A stretch of 64,000 bases of DNA from Azolla caroliniana. Lineage: Eukaryota > Plantae > Polypodiophyta. The position numbers were made by a program, and so were the translations under genes. Location of the stretch: the NCBI GenBank assembly GCA_043228905.1, contig JBHGNT010000016.1, positions 1,860,001 through 1,924,000 on the forward strand, in the 5' to 3' direction. Below, piece by piece: positions 11,788 through 24,500 of this stretch (positions are counted from its first letter, which is position 1; the number at the start of each line of letters is the position of its first letter). The notes under the pieces are model-generated. The model was not told the DNA's origin and ran no database searches. It saw only the letters and a list, made by a program, of their open reading frames with translations.

Positions 11788-12395
11788 TGTTGGGAATCAA
11801 CGCTTCGATTCACCTTCTTCCCTCGGCCACAACCGAGTAATCACGGATCAATGCAGCAGAAAATAGGAAATACAGAGAAAGACACGATACACAGGGATTA
11901 ACGTGGAAAACCCTATACGGGAAAAACCACGGGAGTGCGAGACTCCAAACCAAACTATGCACAGAGAAATATACAATGGCGAGCTGCAAGGCAACGACCT
12001 AGAGCTCGCTGTCCTCGCCACAGGCGGCGGAAATACACAGAGGCGTCTACCTCTTCCTCTCTCGCGCTCTATCTCTCTCTCTCTCTCACGGCTGCTCCCT
12101 CTTCACTCCTCTTGAGTGGAAAAACAGAAAAAAATGGGTAGCAACAGTAAAACTGTTTGCCCTAAGTCATATTTATACATATATGACTTTGGGGCTATTT
12201 ACAACTATAGCCTCAGGGGCCCATAGCAGACATATTCACGGATATGTCCCTGTATTCGGATCGCTCTCCGGGTACATTCGTCATCCGGCACCGAAGCCGG
12301 GGTCTTCGTCATCCGGATCCGAAACCGAAACCGGGCTTGTCGGCATTCATCTCCGACATCCGACCATCCCATCCGAAGGGACCGTGATCCCAACA
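11788..12395 (-). repeat. 5' LTR of the copia element
   Basis: TG...CA ends; adjacent to the PBS. Confidence 0.97.
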
Positions 12396-14040
12396 TCCAT
12401 TGATATTTTTCGCCAAGATAAGTTTTTGCGGGGTATCATGAAGGCATGGTGGGACTTGAAACAGTACTTAGTCAAATCTCTACCATCATGTAAGGAGGAA
12501 TGGCTGCATCAACCCCTCATATTGAACCCACTATTTACATCAAAAGATGGGGTAATGTTAGGGAAGAGAACTAGATTGAATTGGGTTGACTTTGATAAAG
12601 GTGAAGCTAAGTCAGTTGGGAATTGGGTGACTTTTTCTTCTTCAGCGATGGAAAACAAAACCCAAGTTTGTAGGGCAATTTGGGGAGGGAATATTATGTA
12701 TTCAGAAATGGATAGAGTCTTTACAAGATCTTCCTTTCAACCTTCTCAAACTAGTATGTTTTGGTATGGTATGTTTTCATCCCTACATGTATTATTGGGG
12801 GTTAGGGGTTATAAAAACTCACACGAATGCTTGTACTTCGATGTTTTGTCTTGTGGACGACTGCATTCTCTCTTTGTGGAAGACGAAATTGTAACTCGAG
12901 GGAATAGGTTGCCTATTCGTGTATTATGGAAGAAAGATAAAAAATGGATATTGAACCCACATCCAAATGATGTAAACAATATCTCTAATTTATGGGTCTA
13001 TGAGACTAAGCCCATTGATCGCCTTTTGTGGGATTGCAAATTAGATCAACGCAAGGAATGTTAGGTAAGCCAATCCCATTCTTTCAGTATTCGGTAAAAA
13101 TGGGTAGAGAAATGCTAAGGAGAGGTGTGATTGTTACACCAACAACTTGTAAATTTTGGAGACTTGGTAATGTAACAGATTCTTGGTTGAATGCTTATTG
13201 GAAATGGTTATGGGTCATGCAAATTCCTAAAAAGGTCGTGTTATTTAAATGGTTGTTGATACATTATGCCATTCTTGTGAAGTCATGGATGCGGGGACAT
13301 TGTCAGGATTTAAAATGTGACAGTTGTGGTTTTCCCATTGAATCGGTTTACCATGTTTTATGGATATGTCCTATTGCTAGAGCAGTTCGGAAAAGAATGT
13401 TGAGAATCTTATATCCTATTTATGGTAGGCAAGTGTACACATGGGGTTTTGTGAGATGGGGAAGATTGGCCAAGGAAATTCAAAACTATGAACAAGAGTA
13501 TGGTGAGTTCCTTCTCCTCTTCGATGGGAGACATGTATTGGAGATCTCAGATATTACATCAATTCGTTGTTTGGAAGAGGATATGTTCTGGTGTACGATA
13601 TCTTCTCTAGTCGTTTGGGTATTGTGGAAGGCTAGATATAAATGTGTATTTCAGAAAGTTAAAGAAAATGCGGTTGACTTAGTCAAAGAGGTATGGTTAA
13701 TGCTCGTACACACTTTAAGAGGTCAATATGATGCAATAACTGGTGAGCCTGAGGTTGTGATTTGTAGACAACAACAGTTTTGAGAAATTTGGAAAAACGT
13801 TGAGGTTTTCATCTCTTTTGGAGAAAGAATAAAGTGGAGATATGCTCCACCAAGATGGCTTTTTCCACCCCCCGTCTTGGAACAACTTCCATGAGGGCTT
13901 GTGATACTTGACATTCTGGTTGATGTGGATATAACTGTTGTAATATATTGTATGAATTCGTTGTAGCCTTTCAACATCTTTCCATTAATACCAATGTGAA
14001 CCTTCTTTAAAAAAAAGAAAAAACAAGAGTCAGACAGATC

Positions 14041-14654
14041 ACCCCTAGATGAATGTATGTTGTTGCTATTGGAACATGCCATGACCGTAAATGGAACTGT
14101 TGATTTACATGTTAAGGCATCAAATGGACTTCTGGTTGTTGTTGCTCAGTCACCAAAGAAATTTGCAGAAATGTGTAGGTTGGGAGAGTAAGTTGGTTGA
14201 GACAAGTACACGTGAGATAATAGGAAATCCTCTCCTATCAGGAACTGTAGTGGAAGCAGTTGGTCATATTGGTCTACGGGGTTTTTTACCTCTATTTTTT
14301 GATGGTGATGAACAGTATATAGGTGTGGAAACAGTATTTTCTAGGCGTATATGCCATGGTGGCCCTGAAAATATACTTTTGGAAGCAGAATGCGATATTT
14401 GCATTGAGCAGGACTATGGTGGAGGAGGTGTTGTTTTCTGTAGGTGAAGCTATTTGTTTTATATGGGGTGGTCTTCATTAGGCCAAAATCTTGAGCCCAG
14501 TGTTGTTGAGACTGTTAGAGTTGCACGAGTGCTCAATAGTTTTCTAGTTAATTATGTTGCATTTTTCTTTGTAATACTGGACTTTTTTGTATATTGCCTT
14601 TGGCCACTTTATGTTAATACCAATGGAGGATATTGTTTATGGCAAAAAAAAAAA
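14041..14654 (+). mobile_element. Probable 3' end of a second, older non-LTR retroelement
   Basis: Ends in poly(A) at 14644-14654 preceded by ttaataccaatg, the same motif that precedes the LINE tail at 13985. No recognisable protein domain. Confidence 0.45.
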
Positions 14655-15297
14655 CATTAGTGATAACAAGTAATGTTGAAATACAATTACGACAATAATG
14701 CATTAAATATATAAATTTTATCGCTTTGTGTTTGCATAAAGTGTAGTGCAATGCAATATATAAATCAAAATCAGCCAATTAGTATTATATATTTTGGAGC
14801 TCGTCTTTAGTAGGACATTCTTGACTATGCAAACATTGTACCCATGACATGACTAACAATATGAAAACAAACATTAGCAAAATGATAGGCTTCATTTCAA
14901 GCGTGATAGATTCAATGACATATAACATAGAACATCATCCACACAACCCCATATACATCTCATTCCCTCGTAAAGAAATAAATGTAACTTTGCAACAAAA
15001 TCAAACAAACCTTGTCATATAGCATGCAAGCTTACAAAATGGACAAGCCATATTGCATGGAGCAATATGGTAATGAAGTTATTGCAAAACATCAGTTGAG
15101 GTCCTATTGTTGAACATTCAAGAGGCTATACATTCCCCCCACGATGTCTCTCTCTTTCTCTCTCTCTCTCTCGTAATTACCTTACCCTAGTGATAAGTTG
15201 TTAACACTACAAGCATTGCATCATGGGTTCGAAACCCAATTTCCTCACCTCTCTATTATATACTTCATATACTCTTATATAATTCTCTAGATGCCAC

Positions 15298-15372
15298 TGT
15301 GGAATGTAGGGGGGTTGAACCCATGACCACATGGTCTCCATTGGGCAACCTTACCAACTGAGCTACATCCAT
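15298..15372 (-). mobile_element. tRNA-derived SINE head / tRNA pseudogene
   Basis: The minus strand reads GGATGTAGCTCAGTTGGTAAGG...GGGTTCAACCCCCCTACATTCCA, with A box and B box present. The acceptor and anticodon stems are imperfect, so this is not a functional tRNA. Confidence 0.7.
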
Positions 15373-15374
15373 CT

Positions 15375-15412
<38 letters not shown>

Positions 15413-18273
15413 AAACACACAATTATATTGAGAAAACAACATGGTCCATAATGATACCACAATAAACACCACCAAGGAAATGTTTTTTGTCTTGTTTTAT
15501 AAAAATTGTGTGTAGAAAACACCATAATGGTGCCGCAACAAACACCATCAAGGAAATGTTTTTGACTTGCTTTGTGAAAGTTGTGTGTGAAAAACACCAT
15601 AATAGTACCACAACAAACACCACCAATGATTTTTTTTTACTTGTAAAAATAAAACGTCTCGTAGATTGCACTTGGTCTCTTGTGGACATCAAAAAGTTGT
15701 ATGTTTATCTTTCATCCAAGAATATATAGCATTTGCTTGCCTTTAAGACACTAGTACCATGTTGTCCTTGTTTGCACCATGTTGTCCTTGATCCATATAT
15801 CACAAATCTAGGAAATATCACTAATAATTTGTTATATCAATGGATGTTCTTTGAATATTGTGCACAAACCAGTTGCCCATCAATTCTTAAAAAGCTCAAA
15901 ATAGAACATGTTGAAGGAATCTTTTATGGATCCTTAAAAAATATTGGACAAATATTTCAAATAACATTCAACAAGTGTTTTGTTGAATTGTTCCCACAAA
16001 GTTATGGGAGAAGGTTGAATAATAGAAACCCATACATATTAATATTCCCTGCAACAAACATGGTATTCTCTTTTAGAAATCAATCAAGGCAATCAAAGGC
16101 AAATTCATGGGTGAGATTTATAAGCTACCTTTTGATTAACGGATTTTGGAGAGAGTGGACAATTGAAGCTACAAGCCCTAACACAATTGCATCCCATGAG
16201 GGTATTGGTGCTTGTCATTCCTTTCAAGTCTTTCAAGAGTACTCCACCCAACAAATAGATACGCTTTGAACAAAAGGACATGCCTTTCGAGTATCTATGA
16301 ATTAAATTTGCACAATCTAACAACAAATAAAGCACTTGGTCATTGAAGAATGCATGATACCATATCTCGTTATGTTAAATTAAGTGAAAAGCAAATGTTA
16401 AGTCCATGGGTTAAAATGAATGATTTTACCACTGCTAATCATGCTCCGTCTCACATATTTGCACGCAACCATCACGACTTTATCTTGCTTAGGAACATAT
16501 GACTTTGGCAATTTCTCTTTTTCCAAAATATAATCATAAAAACCAATAAATGATAATAAATGAAGGATAGGAGCATATTTCTCCCACATTAGTCAAGGTC
16601 ACAATATTGACACTTGAAGACATTGATGTCATCCTAAAGACCAGAGTTCAAGACTCAAAATAATAGAACATTTTGCGCATGTGAGTTATTTGTCACGCAC
16701 TAGAATGTTGAATTAAAAGAGAGATCATGAGGTGGATACTTTTGTTGTAAATGAGGTGGGAACTATGTCCACTTTGGTGAGAAGGCCAGAGTGAGGGTTG
16801 GTTGCTGAATTTTTGGTGGTGGATGATGTAATTGTTTGTAACTAATGCGAAATAGTGTTTTTTTGGAAAGAAGAAGAAGAGAGATCATGAGAATGACCTT
16901 TTTGATATCATAGAAGTCACTATTGAATGTTTTATGATATGTATAGGAACTTAATTAGGTATTTGGAAGAATAAGACAATTATTTTTTAAGCTTCGAGAT
17001 ATTTCAAGAATGTCATAAGCCCACATTAATCCTTTGTAATCGAGTTTTTTTCACCTTTATTAGCACATCTAATAATATGCTAGAAATAGAGCTTATGTTG
17101 TAATTTTCTAAAATGATGTATTATTTATAATAGGTGTTTCCCCATGACAATAGGGCATGTGATAATTTTTTACATTAAGATTGGTAAAGCACGAATTGTA
17201 AACATGTAAGCCTTCAAAAAAGGTGATAGGTAACAAATTTTTAAACGAGTCCCTCTCTTGAAAAAGGAAAGTAAGACAAAGTTTTGTGTGGGAACCCATG
17301 TCCACTACAAAGCTAATGGTTTTGTTAGCGCTTCAAGGATGTGGGCCTCATGCTAAATGTTTCTAGAATGCTCGTATGTAGTTTAAACATCACAATTAGT
17401 TTTCTTAAAGTTCCAACTTTTACTTATCATAAAAAACTCTTTCAAATTCAAATTTATTTTCTATATTGAAAGCATAAAATTTAACATGATCATAGATGGG
17501 CTTCAACATCGCATTATATTATTTCTAGAATTTGATACATTTTCATTGTTCACATAAACAAGGGTTTTTACTTTTCTAAGTGTGCTTCATAGACATAATC
17601 GAGGGTTTGTTGTTACCTTGAGCTACCATCGAAGAGTGATTCAATTGAGATTGTCACACTCTCATATCCTCTTAGTCACACCATCATCTTTGTGCATTGG
17701 ATTTGCTTGATTTGGCACAATGTACTTCCTTCTCATTCTATAAATGCTTCGCTACATGATCTCGATTAGTTCTAAACAAATAAAGGAAGAGACCACAATA
17801 CAATAACAAATTTGAATGCATCACAACAACAATAGCTACATGAAATAAACTTAGATCACTGAATGCTTGTATGTTGTTGACCAACGATTCCAGCAAAATC
17901 AAGGGAGGACGTAAGATTGAAAGTAGTCCCTTTGTGGTGTTTTGCATTTATCGAACACTAACATGAATTTTTTCATGCAATGATTTAATCACACGATCAT
18001 AAATTGCATTGTAGGTTGTGATCATTGTATCTAGATGGCTATCAAATTTCCAATTTTTTTTGTTGGTTGGTTTTCTCAACTTCCATGTCCAATTCTTCTT
18101 TGACGTCTCTTGAACATCTCCATTATGATGTTTAGTCATGCCATCGGCAATGTCATCATTACCAACATGCTATGTTGAGTCTTATTGTTTTGTGTCACGG
18201 TGACCTATTAGACAATTCAATCATTCCGCATCCACCCTATGTAACGTTAAGAAGTTAACATCCACCCTATGTA

Positions 18274-18309
<36 letters not shown>

Positions 18310-18310
18310 A
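18274..18310. repeat. (GAAA)n microsatellite
   Basis: Directly visible. Confidence 0.9.
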
Positions 18311-18559
18311 ATATCAAAGTCTTTTGGGACCAAATTTGGCCTATGAGACCCATCGATTAAGTAAGTCCTTCTAAGACCAAATTTGCAAAGCCCACGGAGA
18401 CCATCGATTATGTATGTATAACATGTGAGTATGTATGTACATACATACGACTCATATTCTTTCTTATATTATATGTACACTTTTTTTTTTAGTATCTGCA
18501 TTATTATAATCGATGGTTATTCTTATCATCATTATTATTAATTAGGTCAGTCATCGTCC

Positions 18560-21500
18560 ATGGTGATGATACTGTTGGGAAGGGAGCATTCCTGCATCCC
18601 CTCCTCCTCTTCTTTATTTCTTCCTCTCCACAATCGCCATAGCCATAGCCATCGCCATCGCCTTCTCCATCTCCATCGCTCTCGCCCTCAGCATTACCAG
18701 AATTCTTCCTCGTAAGTTCTCTCTCTCGCTCTCTCTCAAACCTTCATCTTGCGCTTCTTCTTATTCTCCCTCCCTCCCTCTTCTTCTGCTTTCTTAGATT
18801 CCTACATCCATCTCCACTCCCTTCCCGTTCTTGGATTTTTGCGTCCTTATCCTCATCCTCCTTATCTTTGCGCTTTCCATCTCGGTTGCTTTCTTTGCAG
18901 GTCTCTGAGATTAAGAACCGGTACTTTGCCGAGGTTGAAAATGGCTGAAGCTAAGGCAGACGTCCCATCAGTGGAAGCTAAATCGGAAGGTTCGCTTACG
19001 ATTGCCGAGCATTCCGAGCTTCTTGAAGCTTTCAACCAAATCCCAAGCATTGAAAAAGCTTGGTTATTTCCTTCCAAGACAGGTACGTACTCCTAAATTC
19101 TGCACAGGCACATTTCTTTGAATTATCATTCTTGTGGAGCTTGTTTGCTTGTTTGAAGATCCATGTTTAATGTAATAAGGTCCTATTTAATAGAGGCTCT
19201 TAATGACCATTCTTACGATGGCATCTTTTGCAAAGATTAATTTTTGAATGAGGTAAATTCGTATCAGGCAGTGGTCATTAATGACACTTTTTGGAAGTTT
19301 CTTTCTCAGTTTTGAATGAGTAAGGGCTTATGAAAATAATTCTAATTTAAAGGCACAATCCTTTTAATGGTCATTCTTGTGAATATTTTGTTAAAAGATC
19401 CATCTGTTGTAAGATAAAACCATATTTATTACTGCATTTTAAGCGCCAATTTTGTGATGCTCTCTTCAAAAGATCCACTTTGAATCATCAAGACCATAAT
19501 ATCCTAAATTGAAAATTTTAGTATTTGAGACAAATTTCTTCCCTTAGTTTTATGTATTTCCAGAGCAATGATCGGATTTTTTGGTGGAAATTCTTGTTGA
19601 AATAAGAGGAAATTATAAGAGAACTCCACAAAATTATATAATTTAGTAGAATCGTTTTATATGTTCCTTTTGGATAGTGTCCCCTCTACAAACATTCCCA
19701 CTTTTAGTGAACAAGGGAACCTTCTCCCGAAACATTGATCCAGACATTGATATGATGCAAACTCTTCCACATAAGCAGAAAACTCAATAAAAGAACCTAG
19801 AGGACTTTGAAAAATGGTATCTCCCTCTTTTTTCATAAAAGACAGTATTGTGAATTCTTCAGTTTCCACTCCCTAATGATGTAACTGGAAAATTCTTTCT
19901 ACCAGAGGTGTGCTTACATATATAGCTACCTTAATCTCTAACTGAACATCATTGGACTAATGTTTAACACAGGGGTTTGTCTTTGAGAATGTTATGCAGA
20001 ATTGTAGCTCCTATGGTTAGTTTCAGATTCCAGGATTCGGGGTACTTGTGCAGAATATGATAGCATCCATGGAATCAAGAATAGGAAATCTAATCAGCAT
20101 ACACAATGCAATCGTAGACCATGCTTCCAATTTAAATTGTAGTGGCTAATTGGTTTAGAAGATTGGGATGTTCATCTAGAGCCACGATTGTCGTCTTGTA
20201 GTAAAACATCAACTCTCTTCAAGGCATATTTCTTTTCAGTTGGTGTATGGGGAGGAGTGTTTTACACTTGGAGGTTATAACTGTTAGTATGGCCCACACT
20301 TGCGCAACTTACTAATAATGGGTTTCTTTGTGTGAAATCATTCTATGGATCCAGTAGATGTACACTGTTTTGTGGGTGAGGTGTGGAAAGCATGGGTATC
20401 AATCCACCTTTGAGCATACTAATGAATTACCTAGTTTCAATTAGCAAACTGCTTAAATGACTCTTACCCTTAAATCATAAATGTGAACTCTCGACATACC
20501 AACAAGCTAATAGACGTAATCACTCACAAATCAAGAGCACAAAGACAACATCATTACATCACAAAAGTGATATTACCAACCAAGTCTTCACATTTTTCAA
20601 CTGTTACAAGCCCGCTTTAGCCCTATTACATTGCATAGCGCATAGGATAGATGTATGTCCATATAAGAGGTCCTGATGATAAAGCCGTCCTCCAATGTTT
20701 GTGTAAAGTGTGCCTTACAATGGGCCATCTTCTTCCCAAGAGATGTTGTGGACCAACAATACCTAGGGCTTTCCTACCATATCCAATTTGATTATATCGG
20801 TTTAAATCTCTCTATTGGTTTCTGCTTTGTTCATGTTTAGATGGGAGAGTCCAAGCTATATTAGAACAAGGGTAGTGCATTTATGCTTATGCCATGTGAC
20901 TCAAACCATTGTTGCGTTTCAGCATGCCAACAATGATCATCTCAGTGTTCAGCAAGTTGTTTTGATTAAATAAGTGCCAACCTTGAGTATCTTCGTTTAG
21001 GCAGCTCACAAAGCCTTTGGATATTCTTCACTAATCAAAATAATGCCTCAGTGATTATTGGGGCTGCTTCTGTCAACACCTGAGTTATGTAATTCCATGT
21101 GACTTGAACCATTGTTGCGTTTCAGCATGCCAACAGTGATCATCTCAGTGTTCAGCAAGTTGTTTTGATTAAATAAGTGCCAACCTTGAGTATCTTCGTT
21201 TAGACAGCTCCCAAAGCCATTGGGTATTCTTCACTAATCGAAATAATGCCTCAGTGATTATTGCTGCTGCTTCTGTCAACACCTGAGTTATGTAATGGGG
21301 CACCAAAGCTTTGCTTCATATGACGTGGGCAATCATAGGGTCTTCCATCTTTTCAGTTATTTGACTTGCTAAAATTCGGGCCCCATGTTTCTACTCCTAG
21401 TAGAAGAAAGAAAGAAAGACATATTTGCATCTTTTAAGAGGCCAAAGTGGCCTATAAGACCAAACTAGAGATTACATCATAAAATGCTGTCTCATCTTTG

Positions 21501-24500
21501 AGAAACGACAAACCAAAACAAATAAATATAACTAAACAAAAAAGTAAATGGAAATAGACTAAGACATGACTAAACATTCTTGTCATCGATACTTGTAAGA
21601 TTCCCAAATAAGATATGTAATTTTTGTCTATGAAAGTTCTTTAGCATAGGTTGATCTAGAATAGAGAGGTTGGATAAAACAAAAATGATGGTAGTGTGAA
21701 CAATCCAGCCTCATTGATACCCTATGCTTATTACTTATAAGGGAGAACATGTACAATTTGTTCAAAGCTTTAAGCATCTTGGTATTGATGTACATGCCAC
21801 AAATAAATGGAGTGTATGCGTTGAGTCTAGAGTTCAAGCTGGTTGGAAAAGCTATTATATGTAGAAAATAAATGCAACCAGAGTGATACTCATGGAAGGA
21901 AATGAAACTAATGTTATTTAATGCCATGTTATTACGAGTTTTGCTTTATGGAGTAGAAGTGTGGGGAGGCACTATCTTTCTTAATGCATGGAATGAGATT
22001 GAGAAGATTCAAAGGATGTTTTTAAGGAGACAATTGGGAGTTAAATCCACCACCTCCTATCAAGTTATGCTCTTGGAAACAAATGTTCAACATGTAGAGA
22101 TATTGGCGCTATAGAGAATATATAAAAACATTAAAAAGTCAAGAATATGTCAAATCATAGGTTACCACATCTTGCTTTCTCATGGGAGCAAGCTGGTAAA
22201 AAAATCTCGAAGTAGAAGAAGAGGTTCCTTCTACAAAATCTCTAACAACAAACAGTGTCAAGTGTTCAAAGAATACCGACCGCACACTCGTACTGGTTGA
22301 AGAAGACAAACCGACACAATCGGCACTGAGGAGATCAGGATGGGTCCGAAAGCCGACAGTTTTATAGGCTTGGATTACGTCTACTACATGGACACAGGCG
22401 AACCTTGCACTTATGCAGAACCAATAGCCATGCCGGATGCCGAAACATGGCAACTAGCCATGAGATCCAAGATGGATTCGGTCAAGGAAAATGATATATG
22501 GGAGATGGTCACTAAGGAAGAAGTAGAAAGATGCTAAAAGGACAAAACTAGAATATTACATTGCAAACATCAATCCTGAATCTTGGGTTCTATATAAGGC
22601 AAGAAGGCCTATTGATTGTATTCAATCTCACCTCATTATTAACATGAGTATTGACTCTTGTGAAGCCGTAACACCCCTTTGCACTCAATCACACAACCTA
22701 GGTATTGAAGTTGCATTATGGTATCAAAATCAGCCAAATATAAAGGCATGTAAGATATGCAAGGAAGGACTAGTAAGAGGATGGATATCACTTGCTTTTT
22801 ACATGCTTTACATATAGTGCAATTCGTTGTCGCAAAGTTATGCACGTGTATGTGCTACTCGAGCGTGACTACAAGGGTCTTGGACTAGGAAGGACGGAAG
22901 GGCTAGGAGGTCGCCCCTCGAAGGCTTGTCACACTCGAAAGCTCCTAGGTGTTGAAAGGTCACTAGACTTGAAGGATCCTTAGAGTTGAAAGCTCTAGCA
23001 ATCCTCGTGACGAAGGCTTCGTACCGGCATGACGAGTTTCTTGGCGAGACGTTTCGATGACTTGTTTTATGCTGCTTTTGCCAAAATCCACGTAACTTTG
23101 TGTTCCAAACTTGGAATTCCAAGCCGAAAATTCCAATGTGATCCTTATGGTGAAGTCTTTGTACAGCTAATCAAACAAGGATTTGTACAAAATAGCAAAA
23201 TATACACTATATTAAGATTTTGTGTGCAATAGTAAGTTTAAGAGGGTGAAAGTACAATGGGAAAATTCTTGGCTCCGTTACATGGAGTGAACAAGTGATG
23301 GAAGAATGATAAGAATAAGATAGGAGTAAAAGCAGAGGATCGGATCACGAGTAGAGCTTCAGGGGGAGATCCTCGAGTTTTGGTGCAACGTCCTAACGAA
23401 CGATGACAACGTCGCCCCTTGTTGATGGTCTTACACATCCTCTTGATTTGCACCTCTAGATCTCTTCGAATTTCAGTAACACTTTCGCATCTCTCTTCGA
23501 GTTGTTAGTAGGTTCAGTGCTAATCTTGGCAAAGCATATGGGAAGATATCAAGCCAATCATTGGATATGTGAAGGGACAAAAAGTAGATTAGATATGTGA
23601 CGCCAATTATTAGATATGTCATGGGAAGGGTCCACTGGAGCTACAGGAACTTTTGATTCTTATATGGCAAATGATGTGAATACATGCAAGTCTACTAGCG
23701 AATATGTATTTACACTTGCTGGTGATGCCGTTTGATGGTGTTCGAGACTGCAAAGGATTGCTGAATTATCCACTACTGAGGCTGAATATATTTCATCAAT
23801 TGAGGCTTCCAAAAAAGCCATGTGGTTGGCACAGCATGTCTTTGCAATGAGCTTGGTCTACCTGAGAGGACACCAGCCCTGCATTGTGATAGCCAAATAG
23901 CCAATGTCATGTTTCATGCACGTACTAAGCACATTGATACTGTACTTCATCAATGAGCTGATAGAGGATGAACTCATCTTGTCGCATAAACTCAGCACCA
24001 CATAGAATCCTGTTGGTGCTTTCACTAAGTGCCTCTCCAAGGCACAACATCAACACTGTCTTCAGCTAGTTGAGTTACATAGCTTAAAGGAGTTTCCTTG
24101 GTTTTTAAGTGACAGATTGTTTATATAAAGGTCCTAAGGACTCTCCATTTGTACATTTCTAAAGGTCCTTTGGCACTATAGCTCTGTTAAGTGCCTCTAA
24201 TACATATTTGCACAGCCTAGTAAGTAGATTATCAAGGTTGCTCCAAAAACCTACCTGTATCCCAGAATGCCAGGGGAAGAAATTTCAAAAGACCTAATGA
24301 TTTTTCCTGTTTTCCAATTTAACCAGCAGAGTGATTATGCCCCCCGAGTTATGATATGTTTGTGGTGGGTTAGTAGTACTCTCTGTAACATTTAATACTA
24401 AGTAGATTACATATGGATGCTTGATGTTGTCTGCAGGAAAGGACTTGGAAGCGATGCTTATCATGAGTGAGGTTAATCTCATGGCAAATTCCAAACGGAG

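Larger units (their letters stand above)
7067..12395 (-). mobile_element. Full-length Ty1/copia LTR retrotransposon, 5329 bp
   Basis: LTRs at 7067-7674 and 11788-12395 (608 bp each, TGTTGGG...CCCAACA). TSD TCCAT at 7062-7066 and 12396-12400. PBS TGGTATCAGAGC (tRNA-iMet) at 11784-11773. Polypurine tract at about 7677-7687. Domain order gag-PR-IN-RT-RNaseH. Confidence 0.98.
6901..14024 (+). mobile_element. 5'-truncated, degenerate LINE (L1-type ORF2 C-terminal part with zf-RVT-like zinc knuckle), split by the copia insertion
   Basis: The reading frame rejoins across the copia TSD (..SIRWWFLRDFNQSI / DIFRQDKFLRGIMKAWW..). It contains a FKWLLIH..CDSCGFPIESVYHVLWICP motif and an A-rich tail at 14009-14023. 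Flanking direct repeat aagagtctgacaaatc (6885-6900) / aagagtcagacagatc (14025-14040) matches 14/16. Confidence 0.85.

Noticed and set aside
12183-13064. 293-aa ORF as an independent gene
   Set aside because: A chance fusion of antisense LTR sequence with the interrupted LINE ORF2 frame.
15298-15372. Functional tRNA gene
   Set aside because: Acceptor and anticodon stems do not pair properly; better explained as a SINE head or pseudogene.
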